Shown one piece after another: positions 26,904-36,823 of a stretch of 64,000 nt of DNA. The stretch comes from an uncultured Desulfobacter sp. (GTDB lineage: Bacteria > Desulfobacterota > Desulfobacteria > Desulfobacterales > Desulfobacteraceae): NCBI GenBank assembly GCA_963665095.1, contig OY762069.1, positions 1,536,001-1,600,000 on the forward strand. The letters run 5' to 3'. The translations under genes were made by a program, and so were the position numbers. Positions within the stretch are counted from its first letter, which is position 1, and each line of letters starts with the position of its first letter. The notes under the pieces are model-generated. The model searched no databases, was not told where the DNA came from, and was given only the letters and a program-made list of their open reading frames with translations.

Positions 26904-29615
26904 ATGACCCAATACATTTATGAATTCGGCCCAGATAAAACCGACGGAGATGCCGGTCAGAAAAACCTTTTAGGCGGGAAAGGCGCCAACCTTGCTGAAA
27001 TGGCAAAACTGGGCCTGCCTGTGCCCCCGGGATTTACCATATCAACGGAATGCTGCAACCACTACTTTGATTTGAACGGGCAATTTCCCGACACCCTGGA
27101 AGCGGACATATTTAATTCCATGGCCAATATTGAGGCTCAGACAGGTATGGTATTTGGTGATCCGGATAATCCGCTGCTGGTTTCCTGCAGATCAGGGGCC
27201 AGATCTTCTATGCCCGGCATGATGGAGACCATATTAAATGTCGGTCTTTGCTCAGCTACCATTCCCGGACTGATAACAAAAACCGGAAATGAATGGTTTG
27301 TCTATGATGCCTACCGCCGGCTGATCATGATGTATTCAGATGTGGTTATGGAAAAAGCCGAGCAGATCAAGCCGAAAGATGGCATGGGTATACGCCTCAA
27401 TCTTGAAATGATGATGAACAATCTGAAAAACGACAAGGGCTATGACCATGATACGGATATTTCCATTGAGGATTTAAAAGCGTTGTGCGAACGGTTTAAG
27501 AAAAAAATCAGGGAGGATCTTGAGAAAGACTTTCCCGATGATCCCAAAGAACAGCTCATGGGATCCATAGGCGCAGTTTTCAAAAGCTGGAACGGCAAAC
27601 GTGCCGTTTCCTACCGGCGCATTGAGCACATTCCCGACAACTGGGGAACAGCGGTGAATGTTCAAACCATGGTTTTCGGTAATATGGGAAACACGTCCGC
27701 CACTGGTGTTGCCTTTTCCCGTGATCCAGCCACCGGAGATAATAAATTTTACGGAGAGTGGCTGGTCAACGCCCAGGGTGAGGATGTGGTCGCCGGCATC
27801 CGGACGCCCAACCCATTGAACAACGATACCAAAAACAACCAGAATGGACATTTGTCTTCCCTGGAAGAGGCCATGCCGGAACTGTATGCCCAGCTCCTTG
27901 ACATCAGAAACCGGCTTGAAGCGCATTACAGGGATATGCAGGACATTGAGTTTACCATCCAGGAGGGCCGGCTTTATATGCTTCAGTGCCGGGTGGGCAA
28001 ACGTACGGCCACGGCTGCCTTGAATATGGCCATGGATATGTTTGAACAGGGCATGATCGATGAAAAAACCATGATATGCCGCATGGATCCAAAAATTCTG
28101 GATGATATGCTTCATCCGGTCGTGGACCCGGATGCGGAAAAAACGGCTGTTCGGGTGGCGGAAGGTCTGCCTGCAGGCCCTGGCGGGGCCTATGGCCAGA
28201 TTGTCTTCACGGCTGAAGATGCGGTGCAATGGGCTAAGGCAGACAAAAAGGTCATTCTTGTGCGAGAAGAGACCAATCCTGAAGATATCGAGGGTATGCG
28301 GGCCGCCTCTGCCATTCTTACTGCCCGTGGCGGCATGACCTCCCATGCGGCACTGGTGGCCAGGGGCTGGGGCAAGTGCTGTATTGTCGGGGCCGGTGCC
28401 CTTAAAATTGATTTTCAGACAAAAGAGCTTAAGGTGGGCACCCGGGCATTTAAAGAGGGAGACTATTTCACCCTGAACGGCACCAAAGGCATTGTCTATG
28501 ACGGGCAGATTAAAATGAAAGATGCCACTGAAAATTCGCGGTTTAAAAAATTTATGGAAATTGCGGACAAATACCGGACCATGCAGGTACGCACCAATGC
28601 AGATACACCGGCTGACGCACAGACCGCTCTGGATTTCGGTGCCCAGGGCATCGGTCTTTTCAGAACAGAGCATATGTTCTACGGTGCTGATTCTGACAAG
28701 CCCCTGTTTCTTTTACGGAAAATGATCCTGAGTAAGACCCATGAAGAGCGGCAGATCGCACTTGCAGAGCTGTTCCCCTTTGTCAGGGATGAAATCAAGG
28801 CCACCCTTGAGGTAATGGACGGTCTTCCGGTAACCATCCGTCTTCTGGACCCGCCCCTGCACGAATTTGTTCCCCAGTCACAGGAAAACCAGCAGGAAAT
28901 TGCGGATGCCTTAGGTATTGACATTGAAGAGGTGTTCAAACGCAGTGAACAGCTTCTGGAATCCAATCCCATGATCGGCCATAGAGGCGTCAGGCTCGGG
29001 ATTACCTACCCTGAGATATCGCACATGCAGGTAAAAGCGGTTTTTGAAGCCTGTGCCCAGTTGATCCAGCAAGGCAAAACACCCATGCCTGAAATTATGG
29101 TGCCGGTGACCTGCAATGAAAAAGAGCTGGCCTTTGTAAAAAACATTGTGACTCAATGTCATGAAAAGGCTCTGGCTGATTTTCATATAGACGCCCTGCC
29201 CTATCTTTTCGGCACCATGATCGAAATTCCCCGTGCAGCGCTCATTGCAGATAAAATGGCTGAATATGCCCAGTTTTTTTCATTTGGTACCAATGACCTC
29301 ACCCAGATGACCTTTGGCTTTTCCAGGGATGACATCGGCTCATTCATGAATGATTACATAGACAACGCCATTCTTAGCTTTGATCCCTTTGAAACGCTGG
29401 ATCAGGAAGCCGTGGGCAGTCTGATTACCACTGCTGTGGCAGGTGGGCGCAAAACCCGGCCGGAGATTAAGCTGGGCATCTGCGGGGAGCATGGCGGTGA
29501 TCCCGAATCCGTTGTTTTCTGTCATAAGGCAGGACTCACCTATGTCTCCTGTTCTCCCTATCGGGTGCCCATTGCCCGGTTAGCCGCTGCCCAGGCAGCA
29601 ATCATGTTCCCCTGA
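26904..29615 (+). CDS. ppdK: Pyruvate phosphate dikinase
   Basis: LLGGKGANLAEM, GGMTSHAA, GLFRTEHMF, GICGEHGG. Confidence 0.98.
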   Translation: MTQYIYEFGPDKTDGDAGQKNLLGGKGANLAEMAKLGLPVPPGFTISTECCNHYFDLNGQFPDTLEADIFNSMANIEAQTGMVFGDPDNPLLVSCRSGARSSMPGMMETILNVGLCSATIPGLITKTGNEWFVYDAYRRLIMMYSDVVMEKAEQIKPKDGMGIRLNLEMMMNNLKNDKGYDHDTDISIEDLKALCERFKKKIREDLEKDFPDDPKEQLMGSIGAVFKSWNGKRAVSYRRIEHIPDNWGTAVNVQTMVFGNMGNTSATGVAFSRDPATGDNKFYGEWLVNAQGEDVVAGIRTPNPLNNDTKNNQNGHLSSLEEAMPELYAQLLDIRNRLEAHYRDMQDIEFTIQEGRLYMLQCRVGKRTATAALNMAMDMFEQGMIDEKTMICRMDPKILDDMLHPVVDPDAEKTAVRVAEGLPAGPGGAYGQIVFTAEDAVQWAKADKKVILVREETNPEDIEGMRAASAILTARGGMTSHAALVARGWGKCCIVGAGALKIDFQTKELKVGTRAFKEGDYFTLNGTKGIVYDGQIKMKDATENSRFKKFMEIADKYRTMQVRTNADTPADAQTALDFGAQGIGLFRTEHMFYGADSDKPLFLLRKMILSKTHEERQIALAELFPFVRDEIKATLEVMDGLPVTIRLLDPPLHEFVPQSQENQQEIADALGIDIEEVFKRSEQLLESNPMIGHRGVRLGITYPEISHMQVKAVFEACAQLIQQGKTPMPEIMVPVTCNEKELAFVKNIVTQCHEKALADFHIDALPYLFGTMIEIPRAALIADKMAEYAQFFSFGTNDLTQMTFGFSRDDIGSFMNDYIDNAILSFDPFETLDQEAVGSLITTAVAGGRKTRPEIKLGICGEHGGDPESVVFCHKAGLTYVSCSPYRVPIARLAAAQAAIMFP

Positions 29616-29649
29616 AAGTCGATATTTCCAATCCTGTCTCTGTAGCAAG

Positions 29650-29682
29650 AAAAGCCTGGTTCCGTCATGGAACCAGGCTTTT
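29650..29682. terminator. Bidirectional rho-independent terminator
   Basis: AAAAGCCTGGTTCC-GTCAT-GGAACCAGGCTTTT between convergent genes. Confidence 0.85.
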
Positions 29683-29731
29683 AAATAATTATCTGAAGGG
29701 CTATATAAGGGGGGCAGGCACTAAATATTTT

Positions 29732-30172
29732 TCAGTCCAGATCAATCCAGTAACGGGTCCATGGACATCGTTCCTTGTAAGGAAACCGTATCAACTCCGT
29801 GGCAAGGATTTGAAAATCGTGTTTCCGGATGGTGTAATAGGACACGACCTGTTTCCCCTTTAACGTTTTCAGTCCCACCGCTATGTACAGGGTGTGATAT
29901 TTGCCTGCGACGTCACATTTGACGGTCCCTGTAAGAATAATGATATCTGATTCCCGGTTAACACTGAAAAGATTCACCATTGTGATGGAAAAATCCTTTC
30001 CGCTAAAATGATTTTCTGCATCTGTCCGGGTCAATTCACATTGAATGAAATTTTTAAAACCAGCCTGGTATTCATAAAAGTCATCACCCGTTGCCGGGCC
30101 GGTTTGAACCAGAACAAACAACACAACTATAAAAACAAATCTGAACACCTTATGTATTTTATCCTTTTGCAT
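29732..30172 (-). CDS. Hypothetical exported protein
   Basis: N-terminal hydrophobic signal/anchor; overlaps the upstream gene. Confidence 0.65.
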   Translation of the reverse strand: MQKDKIHKVFRFVFIVVLFVLVQTGPATGDDFYEYQAGFKNFIQCELTRTDAENHFSGKDFSITMVNLFSVNRESDIIILTGTVKCDVAGKYHTLYIAVGLKTLKGKQVVSYYTIRKHDFQILATELIRFPYKERCPWTRYWIDLD

Positions 30173-30980
30173 TCTGGAAAGTATTTTCTTTTTCAGGCCT
30201 GGCCAATGTATGTATGGTCTGACTGAGACGGTCCAGGGCCACAGGGGTAACAGTCACAGTATCAGCCTTGGAAAATCTGGACTGGTATTTTTCCATCCTT
30301 TTTTTATTGTTATACCCGGTTTCCACCAGAATAGGGATTTTATGATCAAGTTTGAGCAGTTTATCAATAAATGCTTCCGACCCCATACCGGGGATATTGT
30401 AATTGACAATAACCATGCGGAACTTGTCAGGCTGGTTGATAAAAGCGGACAGCGCTGTTTCAGGATCACTGGATATTGTACCGGTATACCCCATGCGTTG
30501 AATCACTGTATCAATCAGATGACTGCGTATTGTATTTTGATCCAGCACCAGAATATTGCGACTGCTCGGAATAACTGGAGCAGGGTCCTGTGATATCTCG
30601 CGCTCGCTAAACATTCGGCTGCCCGTCATGGTCCATTTCTGAGGATTAAAAGGATGAACATTTATCACGTCGGTTTGAAATACCGTTGAGGAAATAAAAG
30701 TATCATTTTCGTTGTCGGCGACCTTGACAATAAAACATTTATCCCGGGCGATATACTGTCTGAGCCATTTACGGTATTCAGGATGCTCACCGGTAAGCAC
30801 CAGCATCTTTAATCCGGAGTGGGACCGAACCTGAAGGGAGTGGTAAACCATGGGATTTCTGGCATCATCATCCTGGCTTTCCATATAATTTTCTTCGACA
30901 AATTCCACCATGAAATCTCTGGCCTGACAGGGCCAGGCAGTTAAAATAAAATAAAAAATCAGGATAAGGTAACGTATCAT
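30159..30980 (-). CDS. Signal-peptide protein with C-terminal degenerate receiver domain
   Basis: Signal peptide ending PCQA; ILVLDQN...FRMVIVNYNIPGM...PILVETGY. Confidence 0.75.
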   Translation of the reverse strand: MIRYLILIFYFILTAWPCQARDFMVEFVEENYMESQDDDARNPMVYHSLQVRSHSGLKMLVLTGEHPEYRKWLRQYIARDKCFIVKVADNENDTFISSTVFQTDVINVHPFNPQKWTMTGSRMFSEREISQDPAPVIPSSRNILVLDQNTIRSHLIDTVIQRMGYTGTISSDPETALSAFINQPDKFRMVIVNYNIPGMGSEAFIDKLLKLDHKIPILVETGYNNKKRMEKYQSRFSKADTVTVTPVALDRLSQTIHTLARPEKENTFQNAKG

Positions 30981-31096
30981 CGTTGTCAGTCCATTTATCT
31001 TGGTTATCAGGCGTAACTAAAACTATCGGAACAAATGTGAAAAACCTTGATACGGCTTTGATAAGATTCTTTTGGCAGGTTATTATCCCAGCAGGA

Positions 31097-31459
31097 TTAC
31101 GGCAGAAAATTAGAAAAAATGAACAGCAGGGCATAGAGCAGGGTTAAAAATATAATCAGATTTCTGTGATCTGTCCGGCGCCGGCCGCGAAACAATGACA
31201 GCCAGAGTGTTACGGCGTTGATCAGTGTCCCGGCTCCTGAAACATAGATCAGAAACTGCACATATTTGTGGTCCCACCAGACTCTTAAATCAAGGTGGTA
31301 AAATCGGTCAAAAACAGTTTCAAACTCAGGCTGGGCCCTGTAGAAAATGTATAAGGAAATAATCAGTCCTGCAAAGGCAGCGATATTCAGCCAGATAAAA
31401 ACAAGGCCAAAAATATCTTTTGTTCTGCGCCTGTCATACCAAGTTGCTTTACCTGCCAT
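31097..31459 (-). CDS. Hypothetical membrane protein (3 TM)
   Basis: Three hydrophobic segments. Confidence 0.7.
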   Translation of the reverse strand: MAGKATWYDRRRTKDIFGLVFIWLNIAAFAGLIISLYIFYRAQPEFETVFDRFYHLDLRVWWDHKYVQFLIYVSGAGTLINAVTLWLSLFRGRRRTDHRNLIIFLTLLYALLFIFSNFLP

Positions 31460-31496
31460 ATCAGCTTCTTTCAACAAAAGCAGTTTTCACTTTGTA

Positions 31497-32345
31497 TCAT
31501 CGGATATGTGCATTGGCCTTAAACCGCCGGGTAATCATTTCAATAATCTCTTCGGAGCTGGTTTCTATCGGTTTGTTGCTTACATTAATCATGGAAAAAC
31601 CTTTGGTGATATAGTATTTCTGGGCCGCTAAAATCTCCTTTTCTATCTCCTCCCTGCCTGAATACGCATACATATCATTGGCTCCAAGACTTGCCTGACG
31701 CAGTTTTCTGTGGGCCTGCAGCTGTTCTCTGTTGATATTCAGGGCAAAAATCCTGCGACGGTCAACAAGGTCCAGACTTGCCGGCATGGGAACACCGGGC
31801 ACAAAGGGGATATTTGCCACCTTCCACCCCATGACACCCATGTACATGGACAAAGGGGTTTTACCGGCTCTGGACAGTCCTATCAGAATAATTTCCGCCT
31901 CTGTCAGGGTTTCAGGGTTCAGGCCGTCATCATGTGCAAGGGCAAAATCAATGGCTGATACCTGTTCAAGATTGACCTGATGGATCTCCCGGTACAGCCC
32001 CGGCATCTGAAGTGGCGGGCAATTAAGAAAGGCCTCAATTTTGGAAATAATCGGCCCCATCAGGTCAATGGTGACAATATGGTGCTCAAGCCCCTTACGG
32101 GTCAGATATTTACGAAGATTTGCATCAACAAGGGTATGTACAATCAGACTTTCAATATCCTTAACCTTTTCAATGAGGTCATCCACCTGGCTTTCGGTAC
32201 GGATCCGGGGCATTTTGACAACAGTAATATTAAAGTCGGGAAACTGAACCAGGGTGGATTCAACCAGGTGAAAGGCATTGAGCCCCTCCCCGCAGGATGC
32301 CACATAGATCATCTGAAATTTGTTTGATGCAATCAAGTCGATCAT
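31497..32345 (-). CDS. PPDK/PEP synthase regulatory kinase-phosphotransferase (DUF299)
   Basis: AIDFALAHDDG, LIGLSRAGKTPLSMY, KVANIP. Confidence 0.92.
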   Translation of the reverse strand: MIDLIASNKFQMIYVASCGEGLNAFHLVESTLVQFPDFNITVVKMPRIRTESQVDDLIEKVKDIESLIVHTLVDANLRKYLTRKGLEHHIVTIDLMGPIISKIEAFLNCPPLQMPGLYREIHQVNLEQVSAIDFALAHDDGLNPETLTEAEIILIGLSRAGKTPLSMYMGVMGWKVANIPFVPGVPMPASLDLVDRRRIFALNINREQLQAHRKLRQASLGANDMYAYSGREEIEKEILAAQKYYITKGFSMINVSNKPIETSSEEIIEMITRRFKANAHIR

Positions 32346-32519
32346 GAAATAAGGCCTTTATCCGCTACAGGTTTTAAGATATATACAGCCATGGGTTACC
32401 CAAGGGTTTGTTCCAAGGGGTCCCCCTTAAGACTGTACATGAAAGAGGCCCGGATGGGTATTAATTCTTTCATAGGACGCCCCCATACAAAAACCTGAAG
32501 AAAGAGTCAAACAAAGATT

Positions 32520-32951
32520 ATGGGACATCAGGATAAAGACCATTACGCAAAAAAACATCCCCATGCAAAGCTGGATCATGCCATTGCCCCCCTTATTCAG
32601 CAGGCAGAAAATGACGGCATTTTAGCCTGTGCTGACGCCCATCGCATTGCGAAACAGACCCATTGTACACCTGAAGATATAGGCGTACAGGCGGATCTGC
32701 TGGAGCTGCGGCTTGGCAAATGCCAGCTTGGACTGTTCGGATGTATATCCGGCAATAAAAACTTTAACCCGGATGCCCGAATTACATCGGCTGTCAGGAA
32801 AATTATTCTTGAAAAACAGTCAGACGGCAGGATTGATTGTAAAACCTGCTGGGATATTGCAAAAGAGTGCAAAATTTCCAGAATTGATATGGGAACCTTT
32901 TGTGAGCAGCTTGAAATTCGGATTAAACCCTGTCAGTTAGGGGCATTCTAA
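32520..32951 (+). CDS. Cys-rich hypothetical protein with two internal repeats
   Basis: Repeats ending KCQLGLF and PCQLGAF. Confidence 0.75.
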   Translation: MGHQDKDHYAKKHPHAKLDHAIAPLIQQAENDGILACADAHRIAKQTHCTPEDIGVQADLLELRLGKCQLGLFGCISGNKNFNPDARITSAVRKIILEKQSDGRIDCKTCWDIAKECKISRIDMGTFCEQLEIRIKPCQLGAF

Positions 32952-32983
32952 ATAGTCTTCAGGCAGCTGATTTCCAGCCCGTT

Positions 32984-33361
32984 TTAAATTTCAGGTTGAT
33001 CCTCTTTCAGGGTCTGGACTTTTTTAACCGCTTTTTTCCTGCGATGCTGTTTCTGTTTTTTCAACCTGGCTATTTTTTGAACCTGGGCAGGGGGAATCCC
33101 GGTGAACGTTTGCTCAACTTCCTGAATCAGACGTCTAAGGGCCATGAACCGGTTCAGATGCTGGGATCTGTATTTACCGAATTTCACACTAATTCCCGTG
33201 GGTAGATGGGTAAGAAAAACTGCTGAAGAGGATTTATTCACTTTCTGACCGCCACGGCCGGAGGATTTAATAAATTTTTCCAGGATGTCCTTTTTACCTA
33301 TTCCCAGACGCACCATCTTATTTTCAAGTTGTTTGATTTTTGCTTTATCCGGTCCAGCCAT
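32984..33361 (-). CDS. RF-1-domain peptidyl-tRNA hydrolase (ArfB/C12orf65-like)
   Basis: SSGRGGQKVNK GGQ motif, RSQHLNR, basic C-tail. Confidence 0.88.
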   Translation of the reverse strand: MAGPDKAKIKQLENKMVRLGIGKKDILEKFIKSSGRGGQKVNKSSSAVFLTHLPTGISVKFGKYRSQHLNRFMALRRLIQEVEQTFTGIPPAQVQKIARLKKQKQHRRKKAVKKVQTLKEDQPEI

Positions 33362-33400
33362 AGCGCCTACGATGGGTTTTCCTGGCAGATGAAAATAGTA

Positions 33401-35950
33401 TCAGGTTTTAACTTTTTGTCTGTCATCCAGTATTTTATCAATGGTATCGGAAAATTCCTTAATAATAAGAGGCTTTGACAATACCCCTTTAATACCACTG
33501 GCCGCCATCATATCACAAGTTATATCCTCACTGAATCCCGTGCAAAGGAAAACCGGAATATCGGAACGTATGGCAAGCAGTTTTTCGCACAGCCGGTTAC
33601 CATTCATCTGCTCCATATACATATCTGTGATGACCAGGTCAAATTTAAACGGGTCTTTTTTAAAACAATCAAGGGCTTCCAGTGGGCTGTCCATGGTAGT
33701 GACATGGCAGCCAAGACGATCCAGTATTGCGCCTGCAATTTTAAGAATGGGGGGTTCATCATCAACATAAAGCGCATGAATTCTGGTTTGAAGAACCTCT
33801 TGACATGAAGGGATCATATCAACGGACTGGCTGTCTGTGGCTTCCCCCTGGTATGCCGGCAGGTATATGTGGAATTCGCTGCCCTTGCCAGGCCGGCTGT
33901 GAACCTTTATGCCACCGCCCATATCCTTGATAATGCCGTAAACCACTGACAGCCCCATACCGGTTCCCATATCTTCCCCTTTTGTCGTGAAAAAGGGCTC
34001 AAATATTTTTTTCATCACATCCCGTGGCATACCTGAGCCTGTGTCAGACACCATCAGGCACGCATACTTACCCGGCTTAATTCTGATAGTGGTGCCGGAT
34101 TGGCTGACACGAACCGGCATTAGCGACAATTTAATCGTGCCGCTATCCCGGGGCATGGCCTGAACAGAATTGGTTATAAGGTTCATAATGACCTGATGCA
34201 TCTGAATGGGATCTGCATAAACCTGCGGCGTGTTTTGATCCACCTCTGTTTCGACTGTAATATACCGCGGGATGCTGGAACTCATTAATTTAAGCACATC
34301 TTCAATGGCAGTTTGTATGAGTAAGGGGCTTCTGACCTCTTTTTTGCGACGGGAAAATGTTAAAATCTGCTGGACCAAATCCTTGGCCCGAACTGCGCTT
34401 TCGTAAATCTGCTGGAGGCTGTCTCGGACCAGAAGATCATGGGCGGGAATCTCCTGAAGAAGAATTTCTGCATGTCCTAAAATGGGAAACAGCATATTGT
34501 TAAAATCGTGGGCAATTCCGCCTGCCAGGGTGCCGATGGACTCTATTTTCTGAGCCTGGGCAATTTTTTCACCCATTTCAATTTCATTTGAAATATCGCG
34601 CTGAACAAATACGTAATTTATAATTTCACCTTTACTATCACGAACCGGAGATATAATGGCATCAACTGTATAAAAAACACCATCCTTTCTTTTATTTATC
34701 ATTTTGCCTGTCCATATACGCCCGGCACTGATGGTCCCCCATAGATTGATAAAAAACTGGGTATTGTGTTCACCACTTCGAAGTATTTTTGCATCACGGC
34801 CGATGCATTCGTCCCGGCTGTAACCGCTCTGGCGCTCAAATGCTGCATTCACGTATTCAATGGTGCATTCGGCATCTGTGATAAAGACGGTATCAGGTAA
34901 CTGCTCAATAGCTGCAAGCAGCATATTCCGCTCTTTTTCAGATTTTTTTTGTTCCGTCATATCACTGGCCACACTGGCAATACGCCAGGGATTTCCCTCT
35001 TTATCCCTGATTAAATTGGTTCGGACAAAAAGGGGAACCAGATCCCCATCAGGGAACAGCGTATCAATTTCACCCTGCCAGGCCCCGTGCTTAACGGTAT
35101 TTTCAATTATTTCCTTCTGGGAAAATTTATAGGTATGCTTCTTCCTGAATTCATCAAAAGAGGGAGTTAAAATCTGCCGACGGGTTCTGTTTATTCTTCG
35201 GCATTCGGCATCATTGACATAGATGGTATTTCCGTCAAGGTCTGTAATTCTGACAAGATCCTGAATATTGTTCAGAACCATGGCCTGAAACTCTATAGAG
35301 TTGCTGTTTTTCTCCCAGGAGGTGACCTCGGCTATAAATCCGGACCACAGGATTCGGCCGTTATTAGAAAATATCGGTTTGACGACACCCTTAATCCATT
35401 TTAGTCTGGAATCCTTTAACCTGATTCTGCACTCTATGACTGAGTCGCTCATAGTAGCGACTGCTTCAGCCATCTGAACTTTTATCCTTTCACGATCCTC
35501 TTGGGGTATAATTTCAATTATATTTTTCGGCCGGAAAATTTCTTTTATCGGCATATCAAACAGGCGAACTGCACCCTGGCTGACAAAGGAAATCTTTATT
35601 TCGCCTGCTGTGTTCTGAATCAATTGAAATACAACACCCGGCAGGCTTGAAATGATATCCCCGGTCAGCGCGTCACGCCCTTTATTCCATGTTAGAATTT
35701 TGTTATGTTCTTTTGTATCAGAACTGGTACCCGGAATCCCGGCAGATGCCCCGTGATGGATGTTGTCCCTGCTGTCCGCCAGGGACAGTTGAAACGGCTT
35801 CCCTCTTTTGTCGCAGTCATCCGGCAGAAAGGCTTTTACTTCTGCCAGCGTAGTTTCAAGAGTAGAGAGATCTTCTCTCAGGGACGCATTTTCAAGCTCA
35901 AGCTCCCGAATTTTTTGCTCGAGCCTTTCGCATGAAGTTTCTATCAACAT
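33401..35950 (-). CDS. Multi-PAS hybrid sensor histidine kinase
   Basis: PAS domains; H-box GIAHDFNN; N/G1/F/G2 boxes; C-terminal REC. Confidence 0.94.
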   Translation of the reverse strand: MLIETSCERLEQKIRELELENASLREDLSTLETTLAEVKAFLPDDCDKRGKPFQLSLADSRDNIHHGASAGIPGTSSDTKEHNKILTWNKGRDALTGDIISSLPGVVFQLIQNTAGEIKISFVSQGAVRLFDMPIKEIFRPKNIIEIIPQEDRERIKVQMAEAVATMSDSVIECRIRLKDSRLKWIKGVVKPIFSNNGRILWSGFIAEVTSWEKNSNSIEFQAMVLNNIQDLVRITDLDGNTIYVNDAECRRINRTRRQILTPSFDEFRKKHTYKFSQKEIIENTVKHGAWQGEIDTLFPDGDLVPLFVRTNLIRDKEGNPWRIASVASDMTEQKKSEKERNMLLAAIEQLPDTVFITDAECTIEYVNAAFERQSGYSRDECIGRDAKILRSGEHNTQFFINLWGTISAGRIWTGKMINKRKDGVFYTVDAIISPVRDSKGEIINYVFVQRDISNEIEMGEKIAQAQKIESIGTLAGGIAHDFNNMLFPILGHAEILLQEIPAHDLLVRDSLQQIYESAVRAKDLVQQILTFSRRKKEVRSPLLIQTAIEDVLKLMSSSIPRYITVETEVDQNTPQVYADPIQMHQVIMNLITNSVQAMPRDSGTIKLSLMPVRVSQSGTTIRIKPGKYACLMVSDTGSGMPRDVMKKIFEPFFTTKGEDMGTGMGLSVVYGIIKDMGGGIKVHSRPGKGSEFHIYLPAYQGEATDSQSVDMIPSCQEVLQTRIHALYVDDEPPILKIAGAILDRLGCHVTTMDSPLEALDCFKKDPFKFDLVITDMYMEQMNGNRLCEKLLAIRSDIPVFLCTGFSEDITCDMMAASGIKGVLSKPLIIKEFSDTIDKILDDRQKVKT

Positions 35951-36391
35951 ACACTCTCCAGGAAAATAGGAGTTCAGCGGAAATGATTTATTTTGTAATC
36001 ATTTATTTTGGAATCAGAGCAGGTTGTAAAATTATATATACACTTCATATCTGATAACCAGAAGATAATGCAAGATATTTTTCACAAAATTTCGTTAATC
36101 AGATAAAAAAATCAGTTAAAATCTTATGCGCTTAAAAACCATTCTCTTGTAATAGCCCTGAAACCAGGCGATTCAGAAGCTAATAAATATATTTTTTCTC
36201 CCGGTAGCTGCGAAATTATTCTGCGAATATTTAAAAGCCTTACATGCGGCTTCATCAGGGAGATGTTAATTTATTGATATGTCAGCGCAGTATGGTATAA
36301 GATACAGATTCGGTTGCAGTGTATGAAATCTGCTTCCCGTAATGCTTATAAAATATATTGTGTATCGTATTTAAAATACGGAGGTAAACGC

Positions 36392-36823
36392 TTGTATTCA
36401 AAAATTGTTATCCTGGATTTCCCCCCGCAGGTCGCGCAGAAACCTCTGATTTGCCATCTGGTAAAAGAATATGACCTGCTGGTCAATATTCTTAAGGCAC
36501 AGATCTCTTCCCGAAGTGAAGGGCATATGGTGCTTGAAATGTCATCAGCAGGGAAAGCCGGCTTTAATAAAGGAATCAGTTTTTTAAAAGACCAGGGAGT
36601 CCGGATATCCACACCTGAACATAAAATATACAAGGATGAAGAGATCTGTACCCATTGCGGGGCCTGTACTGCCGTTTGTTCCACAGGTGCCCTGTATATA
36701 AAACGCCCTGAAATGGAGGTAATATTTGACTTAGATAAATGCAGCCTTTGTGAGCGCTGTATTTTGACATGTCCCTCCCGGGCCATGGGGTTGTTCAGCC
36801 AGGATATAAAAGAGACGGCCTGA
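36392..36823 (+). CDS. NIL-domain 4Fe-4S ferredoxin
   Basis: GGAGG RBS plus TTG start; NIL-like N-terminus; two CxxCxxCxxxC motifs. Confidence 0.85.
   Translation: MYSKIVILDFPPQVAQKPLICHLVKEYDLLVNILKAQISSRSEGHMVLEMSSAGKAGFNKGISFLKDQGVRISTPEHKIYKDEEICTHCGACTAVCSTGALYIKRPEMEVIFDLDKCSLCERCILTCPSRAMGLFSQDIKETA

Noticed and set aside
27474..28673. Long antisense ORFs (also 43120-43866, 21125-21823, 7517-8203, 51367-51993)
   Set aside because: Shadow frames of well-supported genes with no recognisable motifs
32346..32519. Possible structured ncRNA or riboswitch in this intergenic region (also 26790-26840 and 35950-36390)
   Set aside because: Only short hairpins and no family consensus I could recognise; needs an Rfam scan
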